Below, in pieces: positions 8,913-19,303 of a stretch of DNA of 64,000 nt. The notes beneath the pieces are model-generated. The model had not been told where the DNA came from. It made no database searches and was given only the letters and a program-made list of their open reading frames with translations. The DNA is from Candidatus Latescibacterota bacterium (GTDB lineage Bacteria > Latescibacterota > UBA2968 > GCA-2709665), in the NCBI GenBank assembly GCA_965116875.1, contig OZ220733.1, positions 4,224,001 to 4,288,000 of the forward strand, given 5' to 3'. Numbering within the stretch: position 1 is the stretch's first letter; each line of letters starts with the position of its first letter. The position numbers and the translations under genes are program-made.

Positions 8913-10142
8913 TTAATCGCTATACACTTCCGTGTCCTGCCAGAAGGTGATCCAGGCGAACCAGAACGCGCTGTGCCCGGGGACCTGCTGCAGAACGCTG
9001 TCCTTGAGGGGACCCGCAATCGCACGGCCCTTCAAGTCCCAGGTGGTGAGTGTCTCCCGGTCCCGCAGCATAAAGGGATACGTCTGGGAGAGCGACGAAG
9101 TCCTGTCGAAGACCAGTGTCTGCTGCCCGTAGTCCCGGCTGAAGGCGACAGCCATCTGCTCGACGCCATACCAGACCACAACGATGTTTCTCCCTGCCAG
9201 GGTATCGTTGATCACCGCTTCGTCACCCAGCGCCGACGCGGGATATGCTTTTGGTTTTTCGATAAACCGAACGCCGAACGTCATCTCCTTTGGTGAAAAG
9301 AGACCTGCGAGCGGATTGTCTTCAAGACGCGGGAACACCTGGAACTTTGGCGCGGATTCGGGATCCCGGTACATTCCGTAAGGGTATACGTTATACTCGC
9401 TTGCGTCGTATGCGCCCGGCGTGTTGCTGCTGATGACAAACGTATCGGGATGGAGCTGTTTCCAGTATCGCCAGGTGGTTTCGACGAAGGGTGGGGTATT
9501 CAATACCCATCCCGCCCGTACGCCCGAGATGCCCGTATGGGTCATCTGGGGATAGCGAATCTGGTCGTCGTTCAGATCGTACATGATCAGGTTGTTGTTG
9601 AAGAGTTCTCCGGACGCGCCGAACTTCAGGCGGTTGATTGCGCCCCCGCTCCATGCCGAGAAAACGATGCCGCTGCCGGTTAACGGTGAAAACGTGACCA
9701 CAATGGGTTGCCCGCCAATCCGGTCGTTGACGATGAGATGGTACCACGCCATCTTCTGTGGGTAGGCCTTGGAAACGCCGTTGAGGCGCACGCCGATGAC
9801 CATGTCGTTATCCGACAGATAGCGAGCCTCAGCGGAAGCAGCCGGAACGAATCGCGGGTCGATCAGGGCGCGCGTTGCGTCCTTTTCGTAAACGCTCTCG
9901 ATCCTGTCGTGCGGAAACGTCAGGGGGTTCAGGAAATTGCGCCCGGTGAATTCAACCGCCGCGACACGGCTCGAGTCGGCGCCGCCCCCTGTGTTGTCCT
10001 GAAGTACGGTCCTGAACGTCCGGCCGCCGGAGCCTTCGGATTCGTCCTCTGAGTCCACGGGCGTCTCTTCGCCGCAATTGGAAACGCACAGGAGAAGCAG
10101 GGCGAGTTGCAGGCTGAATGACAATCGTGCGATCCACCGCAT
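8913..10142 (-). CDS. DUF3179 domain lipoprotein (Ser at the usual Cys/Sec site)
   Basis: KAYP, HLIVND, VTFSPLTGSG, GELFNNNLIMYD, FWFAW; signal peptide ending VSNC. Confidence 0.85.
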   Translation of the reverse strand: MRWIARLSFSLQLALLLLCVSNCGEETPVDSEDESEGSGGRTFRTVLQDNTGGGADSSRVAAVEFTGRNFLNPLTFPHDRIESVYEKDATRALIDPRFVPAASAEARYLSDNDMVIGVRLNGVSKAYPQKMAWYHLIVNDRIGGQPIVVTFSPLTGSGIVFSAWSGGAINRLKFGASGELFNNNLIMYDLNDDQIRYPQMTHTGISGVRAGWVLNTPPFVETTWRYWKQLHPDTFVISSNTPGAYDASEYNVYPYGMYRDPESAPKFQVFPRLEDNPLAGLFSPKEMTFGVRFIEKPKAYPASALGDEAVINDTLAGRNIVVVWYGVEQMAVAFSRDYGQQTLVFDRTSSLSQTYPFMLRDRETLTTWDLKGRAIAGPLKDSVLQQVPGHSAFWFAWITFWQDTEVYSD

Positions 10143-10299
10143 TGTCTCGGTCTGTCCCGGGCGCGGATGTCAGGTGGCTCCTGCCGAAAGAGTTCAGCCG
10201 GCCGGCGAAACCGCCGGCCTCGGGAGTCCTCTTCACGCCGCAAATTGCCCGGCCCCGTAGTGACGGGACCGGGCGATGTGTATTTCACTCTGCCGGGGC

Positions 10300-10926
10300 C
10301 TACCTGAAGAACATCGAGACCCCGACCGTGGCGACGTGGCGGTTCAGGCGCTTGCCTTCGTTAAACAGCGCAACGTAAGCGTAGCGTGTGGTGAGTGCCG
10401 TCCGGTTGGATATGGATCTCCTGAACCCGATGCCGCCGCCCACTTCGCTGACGCCGGCCCATCCCCAGTAGTCTCTGGCGGCGAATGCCTCGAGGAACGG
10501 CGACGTGCGCCTGTCCACTTTCAGCGGGATGTTGAGCCTGTAGAAGCCGGACAGCGAGGAGCCGAATCCGTCTTCGGCCGAAACGGGATATCCTGCCGCG
10601 GTCTGCACGGGCGGGACCGGCGTTTCGATCACTTCCGTCCGGTCTCCAAATCGATCGTATGCCCGGTTGCCAACCACGAAGGAACCGCCGATCTGGTGCA
10701 GGCGGCTCAATGCATACCCTACCGACACACCGCCCCGATAGAACACTTCACCACCGTCGTTAACGCCTGCCGACAGTATCGGGATAATCTCCAGACGCCC
10801 CGCCCGAACGGGACTCAGCGCCACTCCCTTTTCTTCTTCCGGTTCTTCTCCAGGAAAAACTTCGGCATGCGCCGGGGTGATCCAGGACAGCATGCCAACT
10901 GCCAGAACGACGATTGCAAATCTCAT
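10300..10926 (-). CDS. Small outer-membrane beta-barrel-like protein
   Basis: Signal peptide (AHA), alternating beta-strand pattern, aromatic C-terminus VGVSMFFR. Confidence 0.6.
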   Translation of the reverse strand: MRFAIVVLAVGMLSWITPAHAEVFPGEEPEEEKGVALSPVRAGRLEIIPILSAGVNDGGEVFYRGGVSVGYALSRLHQIGGSFVVGNRAYDRFGDRTEVIETPVPPVQTAAGYPVSAEDGFGSSLSGFYRLNIPLKVDRRTSPFLEAFAARDYWGWAGVSEVGGGIGFRRSISNRTALTTRYAYVALFNEGKRLNRHVATVGVSMFFR

Positions 10927-11032
10927 GGTGCGGTTCCTTTCGTTAAGAGCACCCCCGGTGGACCGGCCACATGACGCTCAGAATGGTATGTCGGCGATCA
11001 GGCGCTGTTGTCGTCGCCCAACGCCCGCTACT

Positions 11033-11797
11033 TCAGATACAACCTGGAATGGACTCGCCTCTGACCAGCATGGCGTCGTTATTTTCAGCCGGGCCCGTGT
11101 AGCGGCATCTTGCGCTGACATAGTGCGTGGCATAGCCCCGTCGGCGCAGATCGGATCTGTTCGGCCGGCTGCAGTGCAGGATCAGCCCGTGGTGAAAGCT
11201 GCAACTGCCTGCTTTCAATTCTATGGGTCGTTCTTCCGGCAGCCTGCCGTCCAGTGACATTTCTTCATAGTCCGCCCATTTCTCACCGGGTATGATCCCG
11301 AACCGGTGGGTGCCAGGCAGCATCCAGAGGCATCCGTTCTCGATCGTCGCATCATTCAACGCCGCCCAACAGGTGACCATGTCGGGCGGGTCGATGTGGA
11401 ATCCGAGCGGCATATCCTGGTGGTACGGTTGCCGTGACCCAATTCTGGGCGGCTTCATAAACCACTGGTCCTGATAGAGCTTGAGGTCGGGACCGAGCAG
11501 GGACTCGATCACGTCCAGTATCTTCGGATTGCGTGCGTGGAACTCGAATACGTCGTCGAAGAACGCGAGATGACTCATCTTCCTCAGGGTGTCCGCGAAG
11601 GCGCCGGCCGCCGCCTTTCCCGCATTCACATCGGGCTCCTGCTGCAACAGTCGCACGGGGATGTGCCGGGCCCGGCCGCTGGCAACCCATTCGGCCCTGG
11701 CGAGAAGAGCCTCGACTTCATCGGCGTCGAGCAGATCCTCAATCACCAGCACACCGTCTTCGCCAAATTGCGCCACCTGCGCCTCGGACAGCTTCAT
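11033..11797 (-). CDS. Phytanoyl-CoA dioxygenase (PhyH) family 2OG-Fe(II) oxygenase
   Basis: MKPP..G..QPYHQD, DATIENGCLWMLPGTH, FHHGLILHCS. Confidence 0.9.
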   Translation of the reverse strand: MKLSEAQVAQFGEDGVLVIEDLLDADEVEALLARAEWVASGRARHIPVRLLQQEPDVNAGKAAAGAFADTLRKMSHLAFFDDVFEFHARNPKILDVIESLLGPDLKLYQDQWFMKPPRIGSRQPYHQDMPLGFHIDPPDMVTCWAALNDATIENGCLWMLPGTHRFGIIPGEKWADYEEMSLDGRLPEERPIELKAGSCSFHHGLILHCSRPNRSDLRRRGYATHYVSARCRYTGPAENNDAMLVRGESIPGCI

Positions 11798-12819
11798 CTC
11801 GCACCTCTCAACCGAACCGATGATCCCACGCCGGATTCGAAGCCCCTTGGAAATACTTTACCCTGATAGGAAAGGCCGACCGCGGCCATCCATCCGGCGG
11901 GATAGTTGCGGCCGTGGATCGAAATATTCACTGCCGTTTCCAGCGTCAATCGGCGGAACGGTCCCAGGCTGATCACGGGCGAAACATAGGTAATTTTCTT
12001 GACGTCCGACTGAATTCTGGCGCCGAAGACGGTAGCGGCTTTGCCCCTGATTCCGTGGACTTTTACGCCGACCAGCGCAAACCGGCGTACCCGAATGCCG
12101 GTTTCCGCGAGGAAGGTCCACTCGTTACCGGGATCCCGATCGGTCTCCGCGTTCCTCAGGCGAAGCCTGTAACCGACGTCGGCATTGGCATAGACGGGCA
12201 TGGGCCAGAAGGAGCGGCCCAGTTGAACGGCGGCATCGAAGTCCCACTGCCCTTCCCCAACCGGAATCAGACCGTCTTCGTTGACAAATTCGCCGGATGG
12301 GGCCTTGAAACCCAACTTCAACGTGCCCACCGTGCCACGGTTGAACAGGTTGACCTTAAGGAGTCCGCGAATGTCTCCGAATCCGGTCGCCCTCCGCGGT
12401 TCTCCAAAACCGGTGAGGAGCGGCGTGTCCTGATACTCCTGCCGGAAGAAGGGCAACTGAAGGCCGAGGTCGATTCTGTCGGTCGCGCCGTAGAACAGAT
12501 CAAAAAAGACCGCGCGGGAACGGTACCTGCCGTTAAATCGAAACGGGGCGCGGTTTCCGACGTCGTAGATCCTTGTGGGATCCGGCCCTCTTCCCGATCC
12601 CGGCGCGCCGACGTATTCCTCGTGTGTCGTCTGCCCCAGGACGGCAACCTTGCACCAGACGTGATTCCTGGGAAGCGTCCATGCGCCTGCATAAACGTCT
12701 TCAGGAATCTGGCAGGCGGAGGCCGCGAGCAGTGTGAACGCGCAGGACCGGAGAAGCATGTTCTTCATTTTCCGTACCGCGGGTCGGATTCGGGATACGT
12801 GAACTGCGTCATCGATCAC
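11794..12819 (-). CDS. Putative outer-membrane barrel protein (CoxB/transporter-like)
   Basis: Signal peptide, AGAWT, GFGDI, KAPSG, G.GQWD motifs; likely start about 12768. Confidence 0.6.
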   Translation of the reverse strand: MIDDAVHVSRIRPAVRKMKNMLLRSCAFTLLAASACQIPEDVYAGAWTLPRNHVWCKVAVLGQTTHEEYVGAPGSGRGPDPTRIYDVGNRAPFRFNGRYRSRAVFFDLFYGATDRIDLGLQLPFFRQEYQDTPLLTGFGEPRRATGFGDIRGLLKVNLFNRGTVGTLKLGFKAPSGEFVNEDGLIPVGEGQWDFDAAVQLGRSFWPMPVYANADVGYRLRLRNAETDRDPGNEWTFLAETGIRVRRFALVGVKVHGIRGKAATVFGARIQSDVKKITYVSPVISLGPFRRLTLETAVNISIHGRNYPAGWMAAVGLSYQGKVFPRGFESGVGSSVRLRGAR

Positions 12820-12887
12820 GGCGCTGTCGGATCATCCTGTCCCGCTTCCATTCGGAGCCGGCGTGTCGGGGTTTCCACGCGTTTCGA

Positions 12888-14057
12888 TCAGGGCTCGTAA
12901 ACCGAGGTGTCCTGCCAGAACGTCGCCCAGGCGAACCAGAATGCGTTGTGAGCGGGGATCTGATAGAGTTGGCTGTCCCTGAGTTCGCCCGCAAGCGCCT
13001 GGCCAAGCAGGTTCCAGCGGCTACCGGTTTCCCGGTCCTTCAACATAAACGAAAACCGCCGATCCGTAGAGGGTACGCGCTCGAACGTCAGTGTCCGATT
13101 GCCGAGGTCCCGAATAAAGGGCATCGCCATCCGCGCTGCGGCGTCGTAAACGACGAGGATGTTCCGGTCCGCGATCCTGTCGTTGATAACGGCCCGGTCG
13201 TCGCCCATTTGCGAAAAGGGATATGCCCTGGCAACGTTCCCGAATCGAACGCCAAGCACGATTTCCTTCGGAGGGTGATCGAAGAGGATTGGATTGTCGT
13301 CCGGATCCGGAAACAGGGGAAACATGGGCGCCGACGCCGGTTCGCGGTAGCCCGTGTAGGGGTACGTTGAGTAACGCTCCGGGCGGTACATACCCATGGA
13401 ACCCGAACTGACGACCAGCGTGCCGGGGTGGAGTTTTTTCCAGTTGCCCCATGTGGTTTCGACCACGGGCATCAACGTGAGTTCCTGTTCGGTTCCGAAG
13501 CCCTTGATGCCTATATGGGTCATCTGGGGGTAAAGGGTGTCCTCAAAGCGACGGTCGTACATTACGAGATTGTTGTTGAACAGCAGGCCGGAGACGCCGA
13601 GTTCCAGCCGTCCGTTGCCCTCGCCCTGCCCGTCGAAGACCATCCCGGTGCCGGTCAGCGGGCACAAAGTGACAACGAGGTGGCGGTCGCTCGCGGCGTC
13701 GTTGACGATTTCATGGTGCCAGCCGATATTGTGCGGGTAGGCCTTGGCGATGCCGTTGAGGTATACTCCGAGTACGAGATCCTCATCCAGAAGGTAGGCG
13801 GCGCCGGCCGAACCCGCGCGGACAAAATCCGGATCCGTCAGCGCCGGGATGCCGTCTTTGGCAACGCCGCCGCTGATCAGACGGTTCATGGGAAAGCGCG
13901 AAACGTCCAGAAAATTCCTGGAAGGCAGCTGCGTCGTGCCGCCCGCTTCGCTTCCGGATTCCGGGGGAGACTCCCCTGCGGGGGACGCGTTGCCGCCGCA
14001 GGCGGCGAAGGCGCCGGCAATAACGAACAGAAATGCCAGGTGAAGGAGGGGCTTCAT
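12888..14057 (-). CDS. DUF3179 domain lipoprotein (Cys form)
   Basis: GGVAKDGIPALTDP, HEIVND, VTLCPLTGTG, FWFAW; lipobox FAAC. Confidence 0.9.
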   Translation of the reverse strand: MKPLLHLAFLFVIAGAFAACGGNASPAGESPPESGSEAGGTTQLPSRNFLDVSRFPMNRLISGGVAKDGIPALTDPDFVRAGSAGAAYLLDEDLVLGVYLNGIAKAYPHNIGWHHEIVNDAASDRHLVVTLCPLTGTGMVFDGQGEGNGRLELGVSGLLFNNNLVMYDRRFEDTLYPQMTHIGIKGFGTEQELTLMPVVETTWGNWKKLHPGTLVVSSGSMGMYRPERYSTYPYTGYREPASAPMFPLFPDPDDNPILFDHPPKEIVLGVRFGNVARAYPFSQMGDDRAVINDRIADRNILVVYDAAARMAMPFIRDLGNRTLTFERVPSTDRRFSFMLKDRETGSRWNLLGQALAGELRDSQLYQIPAHNAFWFAWATFWQDTSVYEP

Positions 14058-14074
14058 ATGCGTCGTGTCCTAGT

Positions 14075-15938
14075 CTCTAATTAAGCGAGTTATTTCAGAT
14101 TTAAATGTATAAAAGTACCGGAAAGACTTATCTTTGTTGAAGTTAGCAGTCTCGGACGGGAAATTGCTACTCCAACGAAGGGGGCCTTTCCGGTGAAAAG
14201 AATATCGGTAAGAGAAAGCCGCAGGAACAGTACAAAATGTGGGCGCAAGGTACATGTACGGCAGAAGCGCGCGAGTCGCTTTTGTGCGCAAGGCAAGCCG
14301 ATGTTTGGCAGCACGCGTGTACATTACGAGGTCAGCGCAGATGGGCACGCGATGAGCTACGGTGGCATCACGGCGGTGCATCGCCTGGTGACGAAGTTGG
14401 GCTTGGTCAAGGAAATCGACGCGAGGTTGCAGTTGTTGAAGGTGCATCTGCCGTATCACGAGTCGGATCATGTGTTGAACCTTTCCTACAACATCATGTG
14501 CGGCGGCACGCGTCTGGAAGATATCGAGCGTTTGCGACATGACGTGGCCTACATGAATGCCTTGAACGCGGATCTGATCCCGGATCCGACGACCACGGGT
14601 GACTTCACACGTCGCTTCACCGAGGCCGACGTGATCGAGCTGATGGATTGCATTAACGCGGTACGCGCCAAGTTGTGGCGCACACGCGCTACCCGAGACC
14701 TGGCAGGGGTGGCATACATCGACGTGGATGGCACCAGTGCGCCAACGTATGGGCAGAAGAAAGCCGGTATGGACATTTCCTACAAGGGCGTGTGGGGATA
14801 TGCGCCTTTGATCGTGTCGTTGGCCAATACCAAAGAGGTGCTGTATGTGGTCAACCGTCCGGGCAACGCGTCTTCTCACCAGGGCGCCGCATCCTGGATC
14901 GATGCGGCCATCTCCTTGGTGAAGCCCCACGCAGGGCGCGTATGCCTGCGCGGCGACACGGATTTTTCGCTCACCGGTCACTTCGATCGCTGGGCCAAAA
15001 ACGTCGATTTCATCTTCGGCATGGACGCCAACGAGGCCTTGCGAACACGGGCCGAGGCGCTTGACGAAGCGGCCTGGCATCGCCTGCACCGGCCTGTCGC
15101 GCCACAGAAAAGGCACCGACGGGACAATGAGAAGCAGCGCATCGTCAAGGCGCGGGGCTACCTCACCCTGGCGCTCAAGTTCGAAGACGTGGCACAGTTT
15201 GACTATCAGCCCGGCAAGTGCGAACGGACCTACCGCGTCGTGGCCGTGAGAAAAAACATCTCCAAGACGAAAGGCGAGCAGACCCTCTTCGACAATATCC
15301 GGTATTTCTTCTACATCACCACGCGCCACGACCTCACACCTGCCGAAGTCGTCTTTGCGGCCAACAAACGTTGCGACCAGGAAAACGTCATCGAACAACT
15401 CAAAAACGGTGTCAACGCCCTGCGCGTGCCCATGTATGACCTGATCAGTAACTGGGCTTACATGGTCATCGCCGCACTGGCCTGGAACATCAAGTCGTGG
15501 TTTGCCATGATGATGCATCGCATCAAACACCGCCGGCACTATATCCGGATGGACTTTCGCACCTTCCTCAACCACATCATCCTGTTTCCCTGTCGTGTGG
15601 TGAGAAACGCGCGAAGCACCACCGTGCGCATCATCGGCTATCAGCCGTCCCTGAGCAGACTCCTAAGCGCCTGGGCCACCATCGAACGCACCGGCTTCAC
15701 CTGACACCAACTCGAAGGATGACCGCAGATCACCACAGCGTTCGCGTCCATCATCACGCAACGGACCCTTACGCCCAAATCACACACAACCGGTCGCTTT
15801 ACACAGCAAACTCACCTCGACAGACCTCTGTACGACCTCACGCCATCACCATTTGCCAGGCACCATTGCTCTCATCAACCCAAACGCACCAAAATGCGCC
15901 CTTCGGCTCAACAAACAACAATACTCGCTTATTTAAGG
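14075..15938 (+). mobile_element. IS1380-family insertion sequence, copy 1 (1864 bp)
   Basis: Ends CTCTAATTAAGCGAGT / ACTCGCTTATTTAAGG (13/16 IR); flanking duplication CCTAGT at 14069-14074 and 15939-15944. Confidence 0.92.
14193..15704 (+). CDS. IS1380-family DDE transposase
   Basis: IPDPTT.GDF.RRF, IDVDGT, LRGDTDF, RCDQENVIEQLKNG motifs. Confidence 0.92.
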   Translation: MKRISVRESRRNSTKCGRKVHVRQKRASRFCAQGKPMFGSTRVHYEVSADGHAMSYGGITAVHRLVTKLGLVKEIDARLQLLKVHLPYHESDHVLNLSYNIMCGGTRLEDIERLRHDVAYMNALNADLIPDPTTTGDFTRRFTEADVIELMDCINAVRAKLWRTRATRDLAGVAYIDVDGTSAPTYGQKKAGMDISYKGVWGYAPLIVSLANTKEVLYVVNRPGNASSHQGAASWIDAAISLVKPHAGRVCLRGDTDFSLTGHFDRWAKNVDFIFGMDANEALRTRAEALDEAAWHRLHRPVAPQKRHRRDNEKQRIVKARGYLTLALKFEDVAQFDYQPGKCERTYRVVAVRKNISKTKGEQTLFDNIRYFFYITTRHDLTPAEVVFAANKRCDQENVIEQLKNGVNALRVPMYDLISNWAYMVIAALAWNIKSWFAMMMHRIKHRRHYIRMDFRTFLNHIILFPCRVVRNARSTTVRIIGYQPSLSRLLSAWATIERTGFT

Positions 15939-16199
15939 CCTAGTGAAGGAAACCCGCAAACGCGCTGCCCGGTTGAGCGTGTTCGATGCGCGGGGGATCG
16001 CGGCTGTCGTATCAAATCTAACCAGTTTGAACACGAAAAAAAAGTACAATAAGAGCCAGTTCCACGTATTTTCATGGCAGGTTCCGGGATTATCGTGTCA
16101 ACCCGGCTCGCAGTACAGGCAGAAAATATCAATTCCGGCGGGAATGGGATTCACACCATAGTTCTTGCTTTTGCGACGAACCATGTCTACATTATCTGT

Positions 16200-16361
16200 G
16201 AAGCTGTCTTAATATTACCGGTGAGTTCCCGAGCGCGAGCGAAAACGTGTCGGTCAAGGCGGGAGAATCCGCCCATATCTGTCTATACGGGCGGGTTTGA
16301 CCAACGCCGGCCGGCGCTATTGCAGCCGCGCGAAGACCGCCGGGGATTTTAAGACAGCTTC
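16200..16361 (+). repeat. MITE-like element family A, copy 1 (162 bp)
   Basis: TIR GAAGCTGTCTTAA...TTAAGACAGCTTC; homologous to 22163-22324 and 44730-44891. Confidence 0.85.
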
Positions 16362-16399
16362 TATACATTTGGTCACTGTATTCTGGCTGCGAACGTGTC

Positions 16400-18421
16400 A
16401 TGAGGTTGATGATGAATGGATTTAGGGTCCAGGCGCCGTTTGAGCCGGCGGGCGACCAGCCGGAGGCAATTGCTGAGTTGAGCGACGGCATCCGGCGGGG
16501 CGACCGGTTCCAGACCCTCCTGGGGGCGACGGGAACGGGCAAGACGTATACGATCTCGAAAGTCATCGAGGCGATACAGATGCCTACCCTCGTTATCTCG
16601 CACAACAAGACGCTGGCGGCTCAGCTGTATGGCGAATTCAAGACGTTTTTCCCGGACAACGCGGTGGAGTATTTCATTTCCTATTACGACTACTATCAGC
16701 CCGAGGCGTATAAGCCGGTGACGGACACCTTCATCGAAAAGGAAGCCGACATCAACGATGAGATCAACCGGCTGCGCCTGCGAGCGACGAGCGCGCTCAT
16801 GGAGCGCCAGGACGTGATCATCGTGGCCAGCGTGTCCTGCATCTACGGGATCGGCAATCCGGAAGAGTACGAGGGCATGCACGTCATGATCGACCGGGGG
16901 GACAGGGTGGACCGGGACGAACTGCTTCGCCGGCTGGTGGACATACACTACACGCGGAATGACGTGGATTTCGGACCGGGGACATTTCGCGTGCGCGGCG
17001 ACGTGGTGGAGATCTATCGACCCGAGAGGGACGATCCGGTTCGCGTGGAATTCTTCGGAGACGAAGTGGACGCCATCAGTCTGGTGCAACCCGTGACCGG
17101 GGAGGTGCTGGATTCACGGGAACGGGCCGCGATTTATCCCGCGCGGCACTTCGTGACCAGCGGACAGCGGATCGAGCAGGCCATCTGGCAGATCGAGAAT
17201 GACATGGCTGCGCAACTGGAGGCGTTCAAGAGCCAGGGAAAACTGCTGGAGGCCCAGCGGCTGGAGACCCGGACGCGTTACGATATCGAGATGATGCGGG
17301 AGATCGGCTACTGCGCCGGAATCGAGAATTACTCCAGGTACATCGACGGCAGGGAGCCCGGCCAGCCGCCCCACGTGCTGCTGGACTATTTCCCGGAGGA
17401 ATTTCTGATCGTCATCGACGAGTCGCACGTGACGTTGCCGCAGATCCGGGGAATGTGGAATGCCGACCGGTCGCGGAAGACGACACTGGTGGAACACGGG
17501 TTCCGGCTGCCCGCCGCTCTGGACAACCGTCCGCTCTATTTTGATGAATTCGAAGGCAAGGTGAACAGGGCGATATTCATGTCCGCCACACCCGCGGACT
17601 ATGAACTGGAGATGACAAAGGGAATTGTGGTCGAACAGATCATCCGTCCAACCGGGATTCTGGATCCGGAGATGCTGGTGCGTCCCGTGCGCGGTCAGGT
17701 GGACGATCTGATCGATGAGGTCCGCGAGAGGGTGGGCCGCCGGGAACGCGTGCTGGTCACCGCGCTGACCAAGAGAATGTCCGAGGACCTCGCCGAATAC
17801 ATGCGGGACCTGGGTATCCGCGCCCGCTATATGCATTCGGAAATCGACTCGTTGGAACGGGTCGATATCATCAGGGCGCTGCGCCTGGGCGAGTTCGACG
17901 TTCTTGTGGGCGTGAATCTGCTGCGGGAAGGATTGGATCTGCCTGAAGTGTCCCTCGTTGCGATCCTGGATGCGGATAAGGAGGGCTTCCTGCGCTCCAC
18001 GCGTTCGCTGATTCAGACGGCGGGGCGCGCGGCGAGGAATCTGGCCGGCCAGGTCATCCTGTACGCGGACCAGGTAACGGACTCCATCCGACGGGCAATC
18101 GACGAGACCGACCGCAGGCGTCAGGTGCAGCAGGCATACAACGAAAGGCTGGGTGTTGTGCCCGAGACGGTCTACAAGAGCCGGGACGAGATCCTGCAGG
18201 CGACGGCCGTTGCCGATGCCAGGCAGGAGGAGATGCCGGCTGCGGCGGAGGAAACGTCCGGGTACGAGGCCGGCGCCAGTATTACCGACATGATTGCGGA
18301 TCTCGAAGACAAGATGGCCAGGGCTGCGGCGGAACTGGCGTTCGAGCAGGCGGCCGAATACCGGGACCGGATCAACCGGCTGAAATCGGGCGCGCAGGGG
18401 GTCTCCGACGACGCTGCGTAG
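16400..18421 (+). CDS. uvrB: Excinuclease ABC subunit B
   Basis: [53 protein letters not shown]-terminal UVR domain. Confidence 0.98.
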   Translation: MRLMMNGFRVQAPFEPAGDQPEAIAELSDGIRRGDRFQTLLGATGTGKTYTISKVIEAIQMPTLVISHNKTLAAQLYGEFKTFFPDNAVEYFISYYDYYQPEAYKPVTDTFIEKEADINDEINRLRLRATSALMERQDVIIVASVSCIYGIGNPEEYEGMHVMIDRGDRVDRDELLRRLVDIHYTRNDVDFGPGTFRVRGDVVEIYRPERDDPVRVEFFGDEVDAISLVQPVTGEVLDSRERAAIYPARHFVTSGQRIEQAIWQIENDMAAQLEAFKSQGKLLEAQRLETRTRYDIEMMREIGYCAGIENYSRYIDGREPGQPPHVLLDYFPEEFLIVIDESHVTLPQIRGMWNADRSRKTTLVEHGFRLPAALDNRPLYFDEFEGKVNRAIFMSATPADYELEMTKGIVVEQIIRPTGILDPEMLVRPVRGQVDDLIDEVRERVGRRERVLVTALTKRMSEDLAEYMRDLGIRARYMHSEIDSLERVDIIRALRLGEFDVLVGVNLLREGLDLPEVSLVAILDADKEGFLRSTRSLIQTAGRAARNLAGQVILYADQVTDSIRRAIDETDRRRQVQQAYNERLGVVPETVYKSRDEILQATAVADARQEEMPAAAEETSGYEAGASITDMIADLEDKMARAAAELAFEQAAEYRDRINRLKSGAQGVSDDAA

Positions 18422-18436
18422 GCGGAAAGAGCGACT

Positions 18437-19303
18437 GTGATGTCGGACCTGACGGAATGGCATGGCCTCGACCGCGTGGTCGACGCCGCGATCATGGAAG
18501 ACGTGGGCGACGGCGATATTTCAACCGCCTGGACCGTGCGCCCGGATGCGCGGGCGCGAGCCGTGCTCGTCGCCAGGGAGTCAGGTGTGATTGCGGGTCT
18601 GGCGGTGGCCGGACGGGTGTTTCACCGGGTGGATTCTCGAATTCGGATGACGCCGGGAACGGAGGATGGCGAGCGCGTCGAAGAGGAGGACGTGGTGGCG
18701 GAAGTCGCGGGCCCTGCGCGCGGCATCCTGACGGCGGAGCGGACGGCATTGAATTTCCTGCAGCGCATGTCCGGAATCGCAACACTGGCGGCGGCCTACG
18801 TGGCGGCCGTTGACGGAACGGGCGTCAGGATTCTCGACACACGGAAAACCTCGCCCGGGCTGCGGATACTGGACAAATACGCGGTAGCCGCCGGGGGAGG
18901 AACGAACCACCGCTCCGGCCTGCACGACATGGTGCTTCTCAAGGAAAACCACATCGAAGCGGCGGACGGCATCGGACCGGCGGTCGCGGCGGTGAAATCG
19001 GCGATGGCCAGAGACCGCAGGCGGGTGATGATCGAAGTGGAGGTGAAGACCCTTCGCGAACTGGACGACGCGCTTGCGGTGGGCGTAGACCGGGTGATGC
19101 TGGACAATATGGATCTGAACACGATTCGACTCGCGGTGGCGCGGGTGAGGGCCGCAGGACCCGAAGGCCCGCTGCTCGAAGCATCCGGAAACGTCACCCT
19201 TGAAACCGTTCGAGCCGTTGCCGAGACCGGCGTGGACCTGATTTCGGTTGGCGCACTGACGCATTCGGCGCAGGCCATGGATGTGAGCCTGCTGTTCCAA
19301 TGA
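18437..19303 (+). CDS. nadC: Quinolinate phosphoribosyltransferase (nicotinate-nucleotide pyrophosphorylase)
   Basis: ERTALNFLQRMSGIAT, DTRKT, MLDN, ISVGALTHS. Confidence 0.96.
   Translation: MMSDLTEWHGLDRVVDAAIMEDVGDGDISTAWTVRPDARARAVLVARESGVIAGLAVAGRVFHRVDSRIRMTPGTEDGERVEEEDVVAEVAGPARGILTAERTALNFLQRMSGIATLAAAYVAAVDGTGVRILDTRKTSPGLRILDKYAVAAGGGTNHRSGLHDMVLLKENHIEAADGIGPAVAAVKSAMARDRRRVMIEVEVKTLRELDDALAVGVDRVMLDNMDLNTIRLAVARVRAAGPEGPLLEASGNVTLETVRAVAETGVDLISVGALTHSAQAMDVSLLFQ

Noticed and set aside
8913-14057. Selenocysteine recoding in the DUF3179 genes
   Set aside because: Both frames are open with Cys or Ser; no in-frame TGA
16362-16400. LexA box before uvrB
   Set aside because: No recognisable CTGT-N8-ACAG or GAAC-N4-GTTC site
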